Program-made: the position numbers and the translations under genes
Source: Camelus dromedarius
Taxonomy: Eukaryota
Direction: 5' to 3'
Assembly (NCBI RefSeq): GCF_036321535.1
Contig: NC_087437.1
Span: 107,572,001 to 107,636,000, forward strand
DNA length: 64,000 nucleotides
Notes under the pieces: generated by a model
What the model saw: only the letters and a program-made list of their open reading frames with translations
Told to the model about the DNA's origin: nothing
Database searches by the model: none
In this document: positions 12,781 to 26,460 of the stretch, piece by piece
Layout of the letters: each line of letters starts with the position of its first letter
Position numbering within the stretch: the stretch's first letter is position 1

Positions 12781-15594
12781 CACATCAATACTCTGGGAGA
12801 TAAAATTTTTACTGCTGCAACTTTTTTTACCTTTTGCGAATGGCCATAACCCTAGTGATTTATAATACAGTTATTTCATATCCTATATGGATATATACAA
12901 CCCAAATTGTTAACTTTTTAATATTTTTATTTGTTGCCCTGTTCTTATCTTTCAGTTTTCACCTTTATTTTTTCATGACAAAGGAATTTATTCATTGCCA
13001 TGAATGGCAAAACTAGTGGAATATGTAGTAAGATGGTGCTTGGCACCCATTTTTTTTTTTTTTTTATGACAGCATTCACTGACTCTACATTTTTCCCAAT
13101 AGAAAAAAACCTCAGATATGATTTCCAAGTACATTAACATGTTCTTTTTCCAGTGGTCCAGTAAGAAGTCATTGTTAGAAAAAATGGAATAACTTCCAGG
13201 TAAAGCCCATAAAAACAAGCACTATTACCAGAATGGATAGTTTTTATAAATATATCTTATTTCAAATTGCTCCACTGTGTGTAGTAACTAAAACATCTTT
13301 TTTTTTTTTTTTCAGGCTTATAAGGCTCTACTTTTAAAACAAAACAAAACAAATCTTTCTCACACACAGAACAACAACCCATGCATACAACACAAACTTT
13401 TCACATAAACAAAAAAGAAAAGAGAACAGAACTGTTGACCAAAGGGGTTCAGGAATTAACATTCTACAAGTGCCTAAAATTATTCTTATTAGCATTTGAA
13501 AACAATCAATCAATGGGTTAGGTAGGCAGAGAAAATTTCGTAAAATGGGATATGTAGCTTTTGGGAGGAGACACAAAATTCTTATGGGATTTTGCTTATT
13601 TCCAAACTAAGAAGCATTTCAAACTGCATGTGGGTCATGTTTGTATTGAAAGGATTTAGTTACGGTTCCCTTTGAAGATCAAGCGGCATATAAGATGGCA
13701 AAAGAATGAGGAAGGATATGTGAAGTCAAAGTCAATGCAATTTCTTTAACATTAGTCTAGGATCTGAATTCAGAAACTGCCATGCACATTAAGCTCGTTA
13801 AAGAGCACGTATTATTAAAGTAGTGGATAATATAATTTAAGTGGAAGCCACTACTTTACAGATTTTTTTCCATCTTTCTTCACCCTTTCTTACCTACACA
13901 TCTAGTTCTTAAGCTTTCTTTCCTCATGTTGTAGCAAAACAAGGACCCAAATAAATCCAGCTCCACACAGGCTGTAAGTTAGGGCAATTTTGGAGGTGAG
14001 GGTTTCGTGGCTTTTAATTTATAGCCCTTGGGAAAGCCTCTACACTGTAAGTGATGATTTAATGGCCATGTTTGGGTTCTCAATTTATTATGGAAAGGCC
14101 AGGTGAGAGCTCAGGGCAAGGCTTCTTTTGCCTGGATGTAAACTTCTAACAAATCAAATTCCTCAGATTGTGAAGGATGCAAACAAAATCCAGTTTGTTT
14201 GTATCTCATAGAATCCTGCCACAAAATTTCAAGGTTGACTTGTGGTGAGACAAGGTTAGTAATTTTCCGAATGCTTATTTTTTCCCCCTATTTTCTTAAG
14301 CACTTGCTATATAGTGGAATCACCTCCTGGGAACAGAATGTTCTCCAAAGCTGAGGAATCAACCCAGCTAGGCAAATACTCATGTCATCAATTACCATTT
14401 TAATATGTCTCAAAAAAAAATTCTTTGAAGTAATCCTTCCTCAAATCCTGTTTGAAACTGGATTTAAATAATGGGTAAGTGGATAAACATCTTGTGGAAT
14501 TAAATGGATAAAGGGAAAAATGAATTTTGTCATGCATAAAGTTGTTATCTTTAAAGGAATGACTAAGAGAAACTCCTCCCAAAGATGCCAGTACATCCAG
14601 ATGGAGGATTGTTAAACCAAGTAATTCCTAGCTCGTGGCAGGAAAGAGGGTGGGGATTTATGAGAGGTAAGTTTAAATGAAGATGGGGACTGAAACAGCC
14701 CAGTGGAGACACAAATGCCAAATTTTACATGATACTTTCCATCTTTTATTTCTCTTTACCCCAAATTTGCCTAGTTTCCGTCATCATCGAGTGTCTTACA
14801 CTCATTTTGAATTATATTAAGCAACTTGATAGCCATTCATTATTTTTTTGAATAAAGGATAAACATAATTAAGAATTAAATATGTAATTTCCAATGTTAC
14901 ATAAAACATATTCATATTATCAATAATAATAATCCAAATATTCACATCCTTTCAAATTGTCATTGAGAGAAATGATACTCTGACAAGCAGTTTTTATCAC
15001 TTTTAAATTCACATACAATTAAAGAAAAGCTTGTTTGTAAACAATGAGCAAAGACTGTACTTAATTATCCAAGTCATTTAAAAGACGCCATTTACTCAAG
15101 TAATGCTGCTCTTGAAATAAATGATGTAAAAATAAATATGACATTGATTGGAATAGAAAATAATTGAACCTATTAAGACGTAATCTACACTCATTACCGT
15201 ACCCTGCCTGGTACATGTTAGGACCTCAACAACTCATTTCTAGCAAAAGACCTGCATTTAAATAAATTTAGAACTCTTAAGTGCGTTAAATACTAAAGTA
15301 TGTAACTTGGATTTAGGTGTAATATATGTATTACTTTGCAACCTATGAAAAATCTAGAGGTGTGAGTAGAGGTCGAAGGCACCATCATCATATTTCTCTG
15401 TTGGATCTATTCCACATTGAACTTACCTAATACTGAACTCAGATTCCCAGAAAATATAACATAAGAAATGTTTTAGACATGCATCCCTTAGCTGACCTTA
15501 AAAAAAAACCTCAAGACTTCCTCTTTGCTTATTGCTTTCTCACTTTATTTATTTCTCTTCTCATTCATTTCTTCCTTCTTCCTTGTTTTGGAGC

Positions 15595-15725
15595 AGTCAT
15601 GAAATTTTGAATATTAAAATGATTATTAGATGATTTTATAAGGTTATTGTTAATTTGGGGGAGCATAATGTATTGTAGTCACGTAAAAGAATGTCATTCT
15701 TAGGAGATGCACGCTGAGGTTCTTA
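15595..15725 (+). mobile_element. Old L1M (L1MC/ME) 3' fragment
   Basis: 'gaaattttgaata...ttattagatga...ttattgttaattt...ttaggagatgcacgctgag'. Confidence 0.55.
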
Positions 15726-16520
15726 GATACACATATCTATATTCTTTTTCATCATAAATTACTACAAGATATTAAATATAGTTCCCTGTGCTGTGCAGTA
15801 GGACTTTGTTGTTTATCTATTTTATATATAGTAGGTAGTATCTGCTAATCCTGAACTCCCAATTTATCCCTCTCCCCCCACTTTCCCTCCTAGTTACCAT
15901 AAGTTTGTTTTCTATGTCATGAATCAGTTTCTGTTTTGTTCACAAATGAACCAAACAATTTCATTTGTGTTGTTTTATAAGATTCCACATATAAAAGATA
16001 TAATATGGTGTTTTTTCTTTCTCTTTCTGGCTTGCTTTATTTAGTACGATAATCTGTAGGTTCATTCATGTGGCTGAAAATGGCATTATTCCATTCTTTA
16101 TATGGCTGAGTAGTATTCCATTGTGTGTGTGTGTGTGTGTGTATAAAATATATATATATATATAAAATACACCACATCTTCTTTATCCAGTCATCTGTTG
16201 ATGGACATTTAGGTTGCTTCCATGTCTTGGCTATTGTATATAGTGCTGCTATGAACACTGGGGTGCATGTATCTTTTTGAATTAGAGTTCCCTCCAGATA
16301 AATGCCCAGAAGTAGGATTGCTAGATTATATGGTAAGTCTATTTTCAGTTCTTTTAAGGAATCTCCATACTGTTTTCCATAATGGCTGCACCAAATTACA
16401 TTCCCACCAACAATGTAAGAAGTTTCCCTTTTTTCCACAGCCTCTCCAGCATTTATCATTTGTGGACTTTTGGATGATGGCCATTCTGGCCAGTGTGAGG
16501 TGATACCTCATCGAAGTTTT
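15726..16520 (-). mobile_element. Young artiodactyl L1: ORF2 C-terminus plus 3' UTR (frameshifted)
   Basis: Minus-strand ORFs 16326..16511 ([13 protein letters not shown]...[33 protein letters not shown]) and 16037..16459 ([36 protein letters not shown]) are LINE-1 ORF2 C-terminal sequence. Confidence 0.96.
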
Positions 16521-18924
16521 GTACTAATCTACTCTTCAATTGTCTATAGAAATTGCAAGTTTACAAAAATAAATTGCCTAAAACCTGAAGATATACTCCT
16601 TGGCAAAAAACTGAATTATATTCCAAGATTTCTTTCTTTACTCCAAAATAGTCAAAACAGCAAGACTGGAATGGCAGTGTGGAGGTGTAGAGAGTAGTGA
16701 TGGTAGATGGAATAAAGGTAGCATCATCAGTGTCTTTCATGTTCTAAATAAGTGATTTACCTTTTGACCTTATTCATTTTTGTTAATCTGAGTCATTTTA
16801 TCGTGTTATTTCCTTTTTTTCTATTTAAGTTTCAATATATGGCCTTCTATTTCTTGTTTTAAAACAACTGTTGCTATGAATGTAAAACTTTTTTCCATTT
16901 TTTTTTCTTATGAGAGCTCTCCAGATCCATTTAATCAAAATTTTAATCAAAGTATAGTTAGTTTGCTTCAATGGTACAAACATGAGTCATGTTTATGAAG
17001 GAAGACTAAACATTCAGATGTCTCTTAGTCTAGGAACTAAATGAAAATGGACAAAGCAATTTATTGGCAATCATTTGTTTTGTTTAATCTATATGCAAAA
17101 TGATATACCCAATATGCAAACAGTACCCACAGCTCTGTTTTTATTTATGTATTGTTCAACCATTGGAAACTTTCATGGGAACCTAAAGCAAAAAAAAAAA
17201 AAAAAAAAAAAAAGGCTGAAATAAAATACATATTTGGAAAAATCAACCATATGTGAATATGGAATGCCAAAAGCAATAAAAATGGTTTTATGAATACCCC
17301 ATCTATACACAGAATAGCTTCTAATGGGAAGGCAATGAAGAAGAGTATTACATGAGGAGGAATACCTATCAAAGCAGGAGAACAAATTTAGCAACCTGGG
17401 TTCAGTTTTCTAGAACAAGACACATCTTAAATTGGTTTTGGAAATCTACTCCAGTTCAGAGGCTGGCTAAATGCACTCTGTTTTCACAATTTCAGATGCT
17501 TAGAAAAGGTATTTTCAAGACAACACACCGAGCTTGCAAGAGAGAGAATAATACACTCAGAATGTCGCCAAAATAAGTGGATAATTGATTTAATTACCTA
17601 TGCATTTAAATGAACAATAAAAAAAAGCAATGAAAACAGACAACAATTTAATGCTAAAAACACCTACAAAAAATCTTTTTTTATAAAGATCATGATGCAT
17701 TAACTACTTGGGGGTTCGTGGGGTATTTCCTGGACAACAACACAACAATCAACACTTTTGATTCAAGGAAATCCTTTTTCTTTTCTCCTGCTTAGTTTTT
17801 TAAATGAAAGCTAAACCATGATGCTTTTTTTTTTCCCAGCTTATGAAAACCCAATGCAGATTTAGTTTTTAAAAACATTATAAAGAACAAGCTATTCTAA
17901 GTGTTTCCCTCCTCTGCCATCTTCTGCTCCCAAGGTTGGTGAGAGAGGCACATTCAACGTGCTCCAGATCATCACATTATCTACGAAGACTTGTCCCATG
18001 GGTGTAAGGCAGAAGGAATAACTGTTGAAGTCAGGAATGGCCTGCGTCCCCACCCTTGTGATTAACTCAAACAAGAAGGGATGTGGCAACAGCAGATACT
18101 GGAAAACTTAAACTTGAGATAGAAACCATGCTCTTGTTTTTCTCAACAGATTATGTGAGGATGGTGCCAAAGGATCCTGCACTTTGGTAAAGGAGACCAG
18201 GAAAGCCAAGTAGGAAACAACAGCAAAAAGGAGAAAAATCTACATTTCTCAAATATTCTTTTTGTAATTCAGAGTATTACCTGAGTATTGTTAGAGCATC
18301 ATAATACATTTTTGTTAAGGTTTTCCCTTGATTAATATTCTGTCTGCTTTTTTAATGTTTAATTTGTCTATAAAAAATTTAAAGTGTATTATACATTTAC
18401 AATTAAATCAAAGAACAGTTAAGTGATAATTTTAATGAATTAGGTAAAAGGTAAGAGAGTGGGAAATTACAGTGGGAAGTTGCAAATGTCTGAAAAGAAT
18501 TCAAAAGCAGTTTCTCTAGAACAATGATCATATTAACTTGAGATTATGAAGATTAGCATGCTATCCAGAAGAGTTTTTCATGCTTAAATATGATATATAT
18601 GAAGTGTGCCATAGTAATTCTAAATAAACCTTTGCCATTTTGTTTTCATTGCTACATTATTTTTTAAATAGCGAATTTTCTATGCTCTATAATGTTTTCA
18701 TTGAAATATGAGAATAAAAATAAGTACATACATGTACTTGTATGTAGAAAAATATCTACTTTCATCTATTACTTATATAAATATACAGCTGTCACCACTG
18801 AAGCAGTGAATTCAAATGTGGAAATAAATTCTTGAAGTTTTAACAACTTAAAATATAGCACCTTATACATTTGCAAAATACTTTCCTATCCATTTATTCA
18901 AAATCTGATATAAAATTTTGCTAA

Positions 18925-19050
18925 GACTGAACAGATGAGAAACTGAAGCTTAGAGACGGCAAATAACTTGATCAAGGTGAACGTAGCTAAGTTAAGGCAA
19001 ATGGACCTAAAACCAAGTTGCATTCCTTTGAGTCCATTGCTCTTTGAGAC
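18925..19050 (-). mobile_element. MIR core
   Basis: 'acagatgagaaactgaagcttagagacggcaaataacttgatcaaggt'. Confidence 0.8.
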
Positions 19051-19589
19051 CCTTCCAGTCATTCCTTTTAGACTAATCAACCAATAGAGTAACATTCAGC
19101 TTCTGCTCATCTATTTCCAGTAACAGGATGATCACTAACCGACACACAGTGATCACTTTCATCTTTGAACAGTTTAATTGGGAATAATTTCCTCCTTACA
19201 TCAAAATGCTGATTTTAGTCCTGTCTTCTGGAGTTATATAGGATAAGTCTAAACCATTTTTATCACGTCACCTCTAGCTATTTTACAATACTTGATAAAA
19301 TTCAAGGGCGGGACCATGATGGATGATACTACAAAACTGGCAGAAGAAACAGATACGTGGAGGGAAGTGGACTAAAGTGACCTTTTAGAGCTCCTTGGAG
19401 ATGGTTGTGAAACTACAGCTCATAGCGAAGGAAGGCTAGGGCTAGGGTAGGACTAGGGCTCATACATGCAGTCAGTAATTTATTCATCTTATTGAGCACC
19501 CAGTATCAGACAAGCAAAGCGTTAAGAATAGTGAGGAGGAGAAAAAAAAATGAAATACTGCATGATCTGAATCCAAAGGGAGTAGGCTA

Positions 19590-19710
19590 TGGAACATGAA
19601 GCTTAGTGAGGCTGAAGAGCTTGATCCAAGTTACCCAGGCAGTAAAGTTTAGACCCAGGATTTGAAAATAAGGCTGAATCCCAAAGTTTGTACCTTTTTC
19701 ACTATATCGT
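19590..19710 (-). mobile_element. MIR core
   Basis: 'tgaagcttagtgaggctgaagagcttgatccaagttacccaggcagtaaag...ccaggatttgaa'. Confidence 0.7.
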
Positions 19711-20052
19711 GAAAAAGTAAGCTGAAAGTTTCAAGCAGAAAGAACTTTTTAATAATATCAAATATCATCAATGAGTAGTTAGACAACTTGGAATTGGGGC
19801 CACATTTGGTAAATGTTTAAAATAAATTTTATCAGAGTTTAATTAGTAGTATTGCACATGAAATAAAAAGATATAAATGCCATCTTGTGACTTTTAACAA
19901 ATTCAGAGGTGAGAAAAAGAGACAGTTGGGTAGAATTATAAAGGGAACTATTATCAAAGAAAGACAGCTACCTCCCTTTCTTCCTCTTTCTTCTGTTATT
20001 TATCTGTTTGTTTATTAGAAGCAGAAAGCTTATAAACTTCGTATCATTAGGG

Positions 20053-20280
20053 CAAGATTCCTTAATATCAATACTGTTGATTTCTTGGACCTGATAATTT
20101 CTTGTCATAGGGCTGGCTGTTCTGTAAACTTTAAGATGTTTAACAGCACTCCTAGCCTCTCCCTAGTAAATGCCAGTAACACTGACTCCCAGTCCTGACA
20201 ATCAGTAACGTTTTTACACATTGGCAAGTGCTCCCTAGGGGACAAAATTGCTCCCTGGAACCCCTAATTGAAAAGCACTG
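20053..20280. mobile_element. MER20 (hAT-Charlie non-autonomous DNA transposon), full length
   Basis: MER20 body ('aagatgtttaacagcactcctagcctct...atgccagtaacac...ccctaggggacaaaattg...tgaaaagcactg'); 8-bp hAT-type TSD cattaggg (20045-52) / ctttaggg (20281-88). Confidence 0.9.
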
Positions 20281-21098
20281 CTTTAGGGCAAGAAAGCAGT
20301 GGCGGTAAGAATGTTAAGATGGTAACAACAACAGCTAGAAAATGATATAACTTATGGAGAAATAGCATGAAGGAAGTCAGTCTTAGAAGTTAATAAAGAG
20401 AAGAATGAAAAGGAAGTGTGAGTAAAGATGTGGACTTGGTAGGAGTATATTCATAACTGAAGATTCTGTTTTTTAACCAGAGAAGTAAAATTAGAACAGC
20501 TATTAAAAATGGGAGGGCAGGTTGATATTAATGGAATTTAGTGGTTTGATAGAGAATATGATTAAGGTTTTGCAAAAACAACTTGTCAAGAAAGCTTGAG
20601 GGAGCAGCTGAGGCTGAATAATAACTTGAAATGATGCCAATCAGTAAGCTGATGAAATATTCCCAAGCAGCGTTCAGCCTCAAGGGAGTCGATGAATAGA
20701 AAACAAATGGTGAGATTGATCAGTGTTTGAGGGTTTAACGGGGCAGGTGTGGCCCTGAAGTAAGCTGGACAGAATTTAGATCCCAGGATAGAGTCAAGAG
20801 ATTGATTAGGTCCAGGCTTGGGTACCAAGGAGAGAACTAGTGAGGGCAGGAAAACCAGGGGGAAAGCAGTGGAATATTAATGGATTGGAGGTTTTGACCA
20901 GTTTCAAAGGTATGCCTCACATAACAAAGCGGGACAAGTGAAACTCTGAAACAAATTATAATTATTCAAAAGAATTAGATGTGTGTATAGCTGTGGAAGG
21001 AAGAGAACCCTGCTGATGGAGACATATAAGCAGGCTCTGTGCATCAGATGCTCCTGTGTGGAATGTTTACGTACTCCTCTTGCTAATCTATACGTGTA

Positions 21099-21917
21099 CA
21101 GTATCTACAGGGGATACGTTCTAAGACTTCCCCCCGGATGCCTGAAACCATGGATATTCTATTTTTTTTCTTATACATATAAATCTAGAATAAGGTTTAA
21201 TTTACTATTTGGACACAGTAAGAGATTAACAGCAATAAGTATAATAAAATGAAACAATTATAACAATATACTGTAATAAAAGGTACGTGAGTGTGGTCTT
21301 TCTCTCTCTCTCTCTCAGAATATCTTATTTTATTAATTTAATGCTTTTTCCACCTTCACTAAACACTTACACGCTGTGGCCATGGGTTTTGCAGTTTGAG
21401 GTGCAGCTGCAAAACTAGCACAAATTTCTTTTTCCTTCTTCAAGATTTCATGGGTAGAAGATTTATTTCTACTGTACTTCTGAGCCTCCTTAGCATACAA
21501 TTTGTTTTTTCTTTTTTAAGTCAAGAGCTTTCACCTTTTCACTTAAAGGAGGTGCTTTAAGGCGTCTCTTTGGCATAGCTGAGTTGCCAGCGTCACTACT
21601 CTCGCACTTTGGGACCATTATTAAGTGAACACAAACACTGCAATACTGCGACAGTAGATATGGTCACTGAGACGGCCACTAAGTGACTAACGGGCGGGAT
21701 ACCCCGGACAAAGGGGTGATTCACATCCTGGGCAGGACTGCGAGAGATTTCATCTTGCTACTCAGAGCAGCAGGCAATTAAAAACTTATGAATTAAAAAA
21801 GAAAAAAAACTTATGAATTGTTTATTTCTGGAATTTATTTAATAATTTTGGACCACAGTTCACTGTGATAACTGAAACCTCAGAAAACAAAACTTCAGAT
21901 AAGGGAGGACTACAGTG
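21099..21917. mobile_element. MER44-type (Tigger7-derived, TcMar) DNA transposon
   Basis: 'gggatacgttctaagac...ggatgcctgaaacc...cacagtaagagattaaca' and terminal 'taactgaaacc...gataagggaggactac'; flanked by TA. Confidence 0.88.
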
Positions 21918-22070
21918 TATGGATATATACATTTTATCTATCTATTTATTATTTATCTTTCTATCTAGTTAACATTTAAGAGTTTTGTTTTAAACATTAT
22001 TCATTTCCCATACTGCTGAGATTAAATGTACATCCATGATCTATATGTTAATCAAGCAGGACTCATTAGG

Positions 22071-23325
22071 TGTAATAATGAGCTAATTTATTTTTGATCT
22101 CCCATTATCCCTTTAATCCTGTCTAGCAGGGGACATTTTTCTTCTGCTACTGGATGAAAGCTTGTTGAGGACTGCATGCATTTCTAGTCACCTTTAGCAT
22201 AAAATCCTTTGGTCACTCTAAGTTGTAAACACAATCTCATTACTTGCAGTAAAAAGCGTCCAGTCACATATATTAATTGGTATTTTACCTTTATTCAAGA
22301 TAATTTACCTTCCCATTTTTCTGCCAGTTAGGGCCAGTCTCTGGAGGATGTCTAGCTCTCAGGAAAATGAATCCTTCTTGGCTTCACTCTCCTTGTCATT
22401 CAATCCTACTTCCACTACTAGATGTTATTTCAAATCCCTCGAGGGTTGGTGTGAGGGGAGGGAAGATGAAAAAGGAGGCTAGGGAACTTTCTCTTTGATT
22501 GGTACTATGATATGCAGTGTTCATGCATCCTTTGCCGAAAAGATAACTTAAAGCTATGGTTTCTCTCGCAGGGTCCTTTGTGGGTTTCTTGATGGCAACT
22601 TAGTGGTGTCCATGGACTTTAGCTTCCACAATGTGAGTGATGCCACCTTTCTGTTGCCCTCTATAGCTTTTACCTCCAGGACCCACTGTTGTCATCTTCT
22701 GGTTATGAGGGACTGTCTTCTTGAGTAGGCACCATTTTGAATGACCCCCAGGCTAATGTTCCTTCTACATATATCACACTCAGTCCCTGGGATTCATGAA
22801 TTTTGACCTTCCTCTTCTCAGTTGGAAGTGCAACTCCTTTCCAGCTGCAGCTCCCAACTCTGCTGCCGAGAATGCTTTGTCTTCTTCAGGCACAATTCAA
22901 CTCTGTGTCTCTCACTGGAGGCGATGAATGTAAAGATTACTTAGTGTGCCTACTAAAACTCTCTCACTAGGCTTGGGCTGATTTCTCAGTCACCAGCCCC
23001 TCCCCAGCCATTGCCTTGTGGGAAGGAATAGTGAGTGTCCCAGAATAGCCATCTTCCTTACAAAATCTCCACTCACTGGATCCTTAAACTATCCTTACTC
23101 TGTTGACACTTTATCTTTAATCTGAGGAAGTCATGAGGAGCCCAAGTGTTGTGTAATTAGCATTCAGATATTTCATTGGAAATTTAATTATAGTTTAGTG
23201 AATAGTGAATCATAAGTCACATTTTTATGAGTTATCTTCTATAACTGGTACTCCAGTTGAAACTTCCAATTGAACATATTCTTTATATATAAAGGAGGAA
23301 ATGGGTGGGTCTGGTGTTATATACA
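22071..23325. mobile_element. Possible ancient LTR (LTR78-like)
   Basis: About 1.25 kb GC-richer block starting 'tgtaat...tccctttaatcctgtctagcagggg' and ending near '...gttatataca'; weak resemblance only. Confidence 0.35.
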
Positions 23326-24974
23326 TCTCTGGCTGGATTAGTCACTACACTTATGAAGCAGACATTGCTAAAAGATGGTGTAATTATAATACAAAGAGAG
23401 AGAAAAACATAAACAACTAAATATAATCATAATCTCCCCAACCCATTCCTGTACTCTATTCATGAGGAAGGAAGAAAGAGCTGGTCCAGCGCTTAGACTC
23501 TGGAAGACTTCAATGAGATCATGTCCTCAGGGTTACCTGAAATGCATAGACCCACTTTGAGAGACAGCAATTGTATATCAGGGTCTATTGGAGAACGATC
23601 GTAGACTATTGTCCAAAGTGTTTTTTGCATATGTTATTTAACACTTACATCAACAGCATGACATTGGGAGATAAGGAATTTGAACCTTTGAAAAATAAAG
23701 TCAAACTCTCTCATTTCCAATACTGTGCTCTTTCCCCTCCCCTATACTGGTCCCTTAAAAGGAGATATTCTTAGCTGCTTATAGGCACCAGCCCAAACAT
23801 AACTGATCTCTGAGCTGGTATTATTTAAATCACAGGCTTAGTGTAAATCAGCAGGGATAAATTTTGGCAGGACTTCAGGGAGTTGACTTTCGGGAGATTT
23901 ATCAATGCTAAATTCAAGATTCTGTATGTGTGTGTTGAGAGAGATGATGACTAAGGAGAGCTTGATGGCAAATGAAATACACAGAGATCTGACTATACAA
24001 TTGGTTCTAGTTTTATTGCATTTGTGGGTTTTTACCTTCCTCCTCTCCTGTAGAACAAGGCATTATCACCATTAATAAAGAGTCCTACTTTTTAGTTGCT
24101 TATTGTGGGCAAACTTGTGAAAACACTTTTGCTTCCAATAAGTCAAAAAGCCTTTCAGAATTGTACAAGACTTAAAAAAAAAAACAACCCAGGATATATG
24201 TAAAGATAAGACACTGTATCTACAAACATTGATAACTTTTCAAACCTGCCGAGAGGTATGGTATTTACTCTGTGCATTCTTAGAGTGCCAGATGTTGGCT
24301 TCTACAGCTCAGTCCTCTCATTTTACTTGAAATGTAAAGTCATACTGAGTCCAAACCAACATTCTCTGAAATCCAGATCCAATTTATGTCCTTTTCTACA
24401 GCCATTTTCCTCTTTTGAATTGTTTCCTAAATTAAGTGATGCTTTCCCCTTTTTCCTCCTTCAGGCCAAAATAAAGAAATGCCTGGAAAAGCAACCAACC
24501 TGGGAACTATTTCACAAACATGCACGAACCTGCCATTTCCTCCAGCACATGTGGGAATTATTGAGTTTAGCATCTCTATTCGCCTATGAATGATACATTT
24601 TTTAAAAAGCATAATTTATTCAACCTCATGTGAGAAATTGCATTTTTATAGATTGTTCCCCCTGATGGAGAAACCATATAAAGATTGTTTTAGTCTGAAA
24701 TTACATTTTCACCTGCTTGTAGTTAATGCTGCTTTGGTTTTGTATTTATTTTATTTCACTCTTTTTGATGATTTTTAAGATTCTATATTATTGAAAAAGG
24801 TAATTAATCATAAATTTTGTATTTGATTATTTGGGGAATATTGATGTCAGTTTGTCACAGTGTCCTAAGAGTTCATCACTTAATAGAAGAGTTTAAAAAC
24901 TTAGTTATTATATAAGAAATTGTTTTAAGAAACAAGCCAGAGCAGGATCTTCAATGACAAGTTAAAAATATTTT

Positions 24975-25310
24975 TTAAGTTACCTCTACATACTCAAAAT
25001 TGTATCCCTCAGAATCTACCTTATAGGAATTAGAGTAACTCTGAGAGGACAAATGTGCAAGAATATTTATTACAATATTGTTCATAATGGAAAAGAAAGA
25101 ATTAAAATAAATGTTCACTCATTGTAAGAGAAAAGTGGAACAAATTACAGTGCATTCACAGTGTCATCCACAATGTCATAAATTTCCTTCACTGTCAAAC
25201 ACAGTGTAAAGCCATTTAAAAATAATTAATTACACCTATAGCAGTTGAATTGAAGGTATATCCACAATATATTATTAAGCGATAAAGACAAGTTTCAGAT
25301 AACATAATCT
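24975..25310 (+). mobile_element. Old L1ME ORF2-end/3' fragment
   Basis: 'atgtgcaagaatatttattacaatattgttcataatggaaaa...aaatgttcactca...aaattacagtgcattcac...agccatttaaaaataat'. Confidence 0.7.
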
Positions 25311-25584
25311 AATGTTGGCTCAAAAATTTAAAATATCTTTCTTAGTGTGTTCTTCGAGATTCTTGGGGAAAAAATCTATTTGAAGATGTTAATAAAAATA
25401 GAATTGTGCTTGTGAAGGCATTTTTGTAGTCTATGTTTTGTCATCTTCTTTGTCAAATCATGTATCTCAGTTTGATGTCTATACAATTGTTTGATATATT
25501 TTTCCATTATACCTGGTTTGGGTTGGAGAGCAGTCATTGGTAACTTCATGATACTTTTAGTGTGATAGCGTGACATTCTAATGC

Positions 25585-26460
25585 AGATATATGGCAATTT
25601 TCTTTGCTTTGAAGTTTGCTTTGCTGGATATAAACAGCTAATCCAGCTTTCTTTTGATTATTTTTTGCATATATATGACGTATCATTTTCCATCAGACAC
25701 CTATCTTTCAATTGATATATTTAACCATTTATATTTAGTATAATTAAAATGTTTGAATTTAAAGCTGCAATTTATTATTTGTTTTCTGCTTGTTCCCTCT
25801 GTTATTTCTTTTTTCTTTTTTTAAAGTGTCATTTGAACTTTTCTTCCCCATTCGATTTAATTTATCATTGTGTTTTTAACTACATCTCTCTTTCTGTAGT
25901 TTTTAGTGCTTGCTCTAGGGTTATAATACACATATTTAACTTTTGATGCTCAATTACAATGAATACTTTGCCATTTCAAGTGGAATGCAGAAGGCTTACC
26001 AGCACTGAAGATCCTTTACCCTGCTATTTCTGTTTTGAATTGTCGTATATATTACATCTGCATATGATGAAAATCTCATCAACAATGTCATAAATTTCCT
26101 TCATTGTCAAACACATTTTAAAAAATCAAGAAGATAATAGTCTGTAACTTTTATTCAATATCATTGCTGTTGCTCTGCTTTCATTACTGATGTTCCACAT
26201 TTCCCTCTGATAAAATTACACTCTGTCTAAACAAGTTCCTTTAATAATTCTTTTAGTGAATATCTACTATTAATTTTCTGAGTTTTTCTTTATATGGATA
26301 TATCTTTGCTTATCCTTCATTCCTTAATAGTATGTTCACCGGATATAAAATTCTGGGTTGGCAATCTTTTCTTTTGGCACTTAAATATATACTGTTCTAT
26401 TTCCTTTGGGTCTCTATATTTTCTGATGAGAAACTGGATGCTATTCAAATCTCTATTGTC
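25585..26460 (-). mobile_element. Old L1M (L1MC/MD-type) internal fragment
   Basis: 'atccagctttcttttgatta...tttaaccatttatatttagtataatta...tcaccggatataaaattctgggttggca...tttctgatgagaaa'. Confidence 0.8.

Noticed and set aside
16037..16511. 140-aa and 61-aa ORFs as a host gene
   Set aside because: Frameshifted LINE-1 ORF2 C-terminus; the antisense ORFs here and at 38223 and 56912 are familiar L1-antisense artefacts
18131..18195. Possible micro-exon (ctcttgtttttctcaacag|...|gtaaag)
   Set aside because: Weak donor, no partner exons or recognisable peptide; such sites are common by chance
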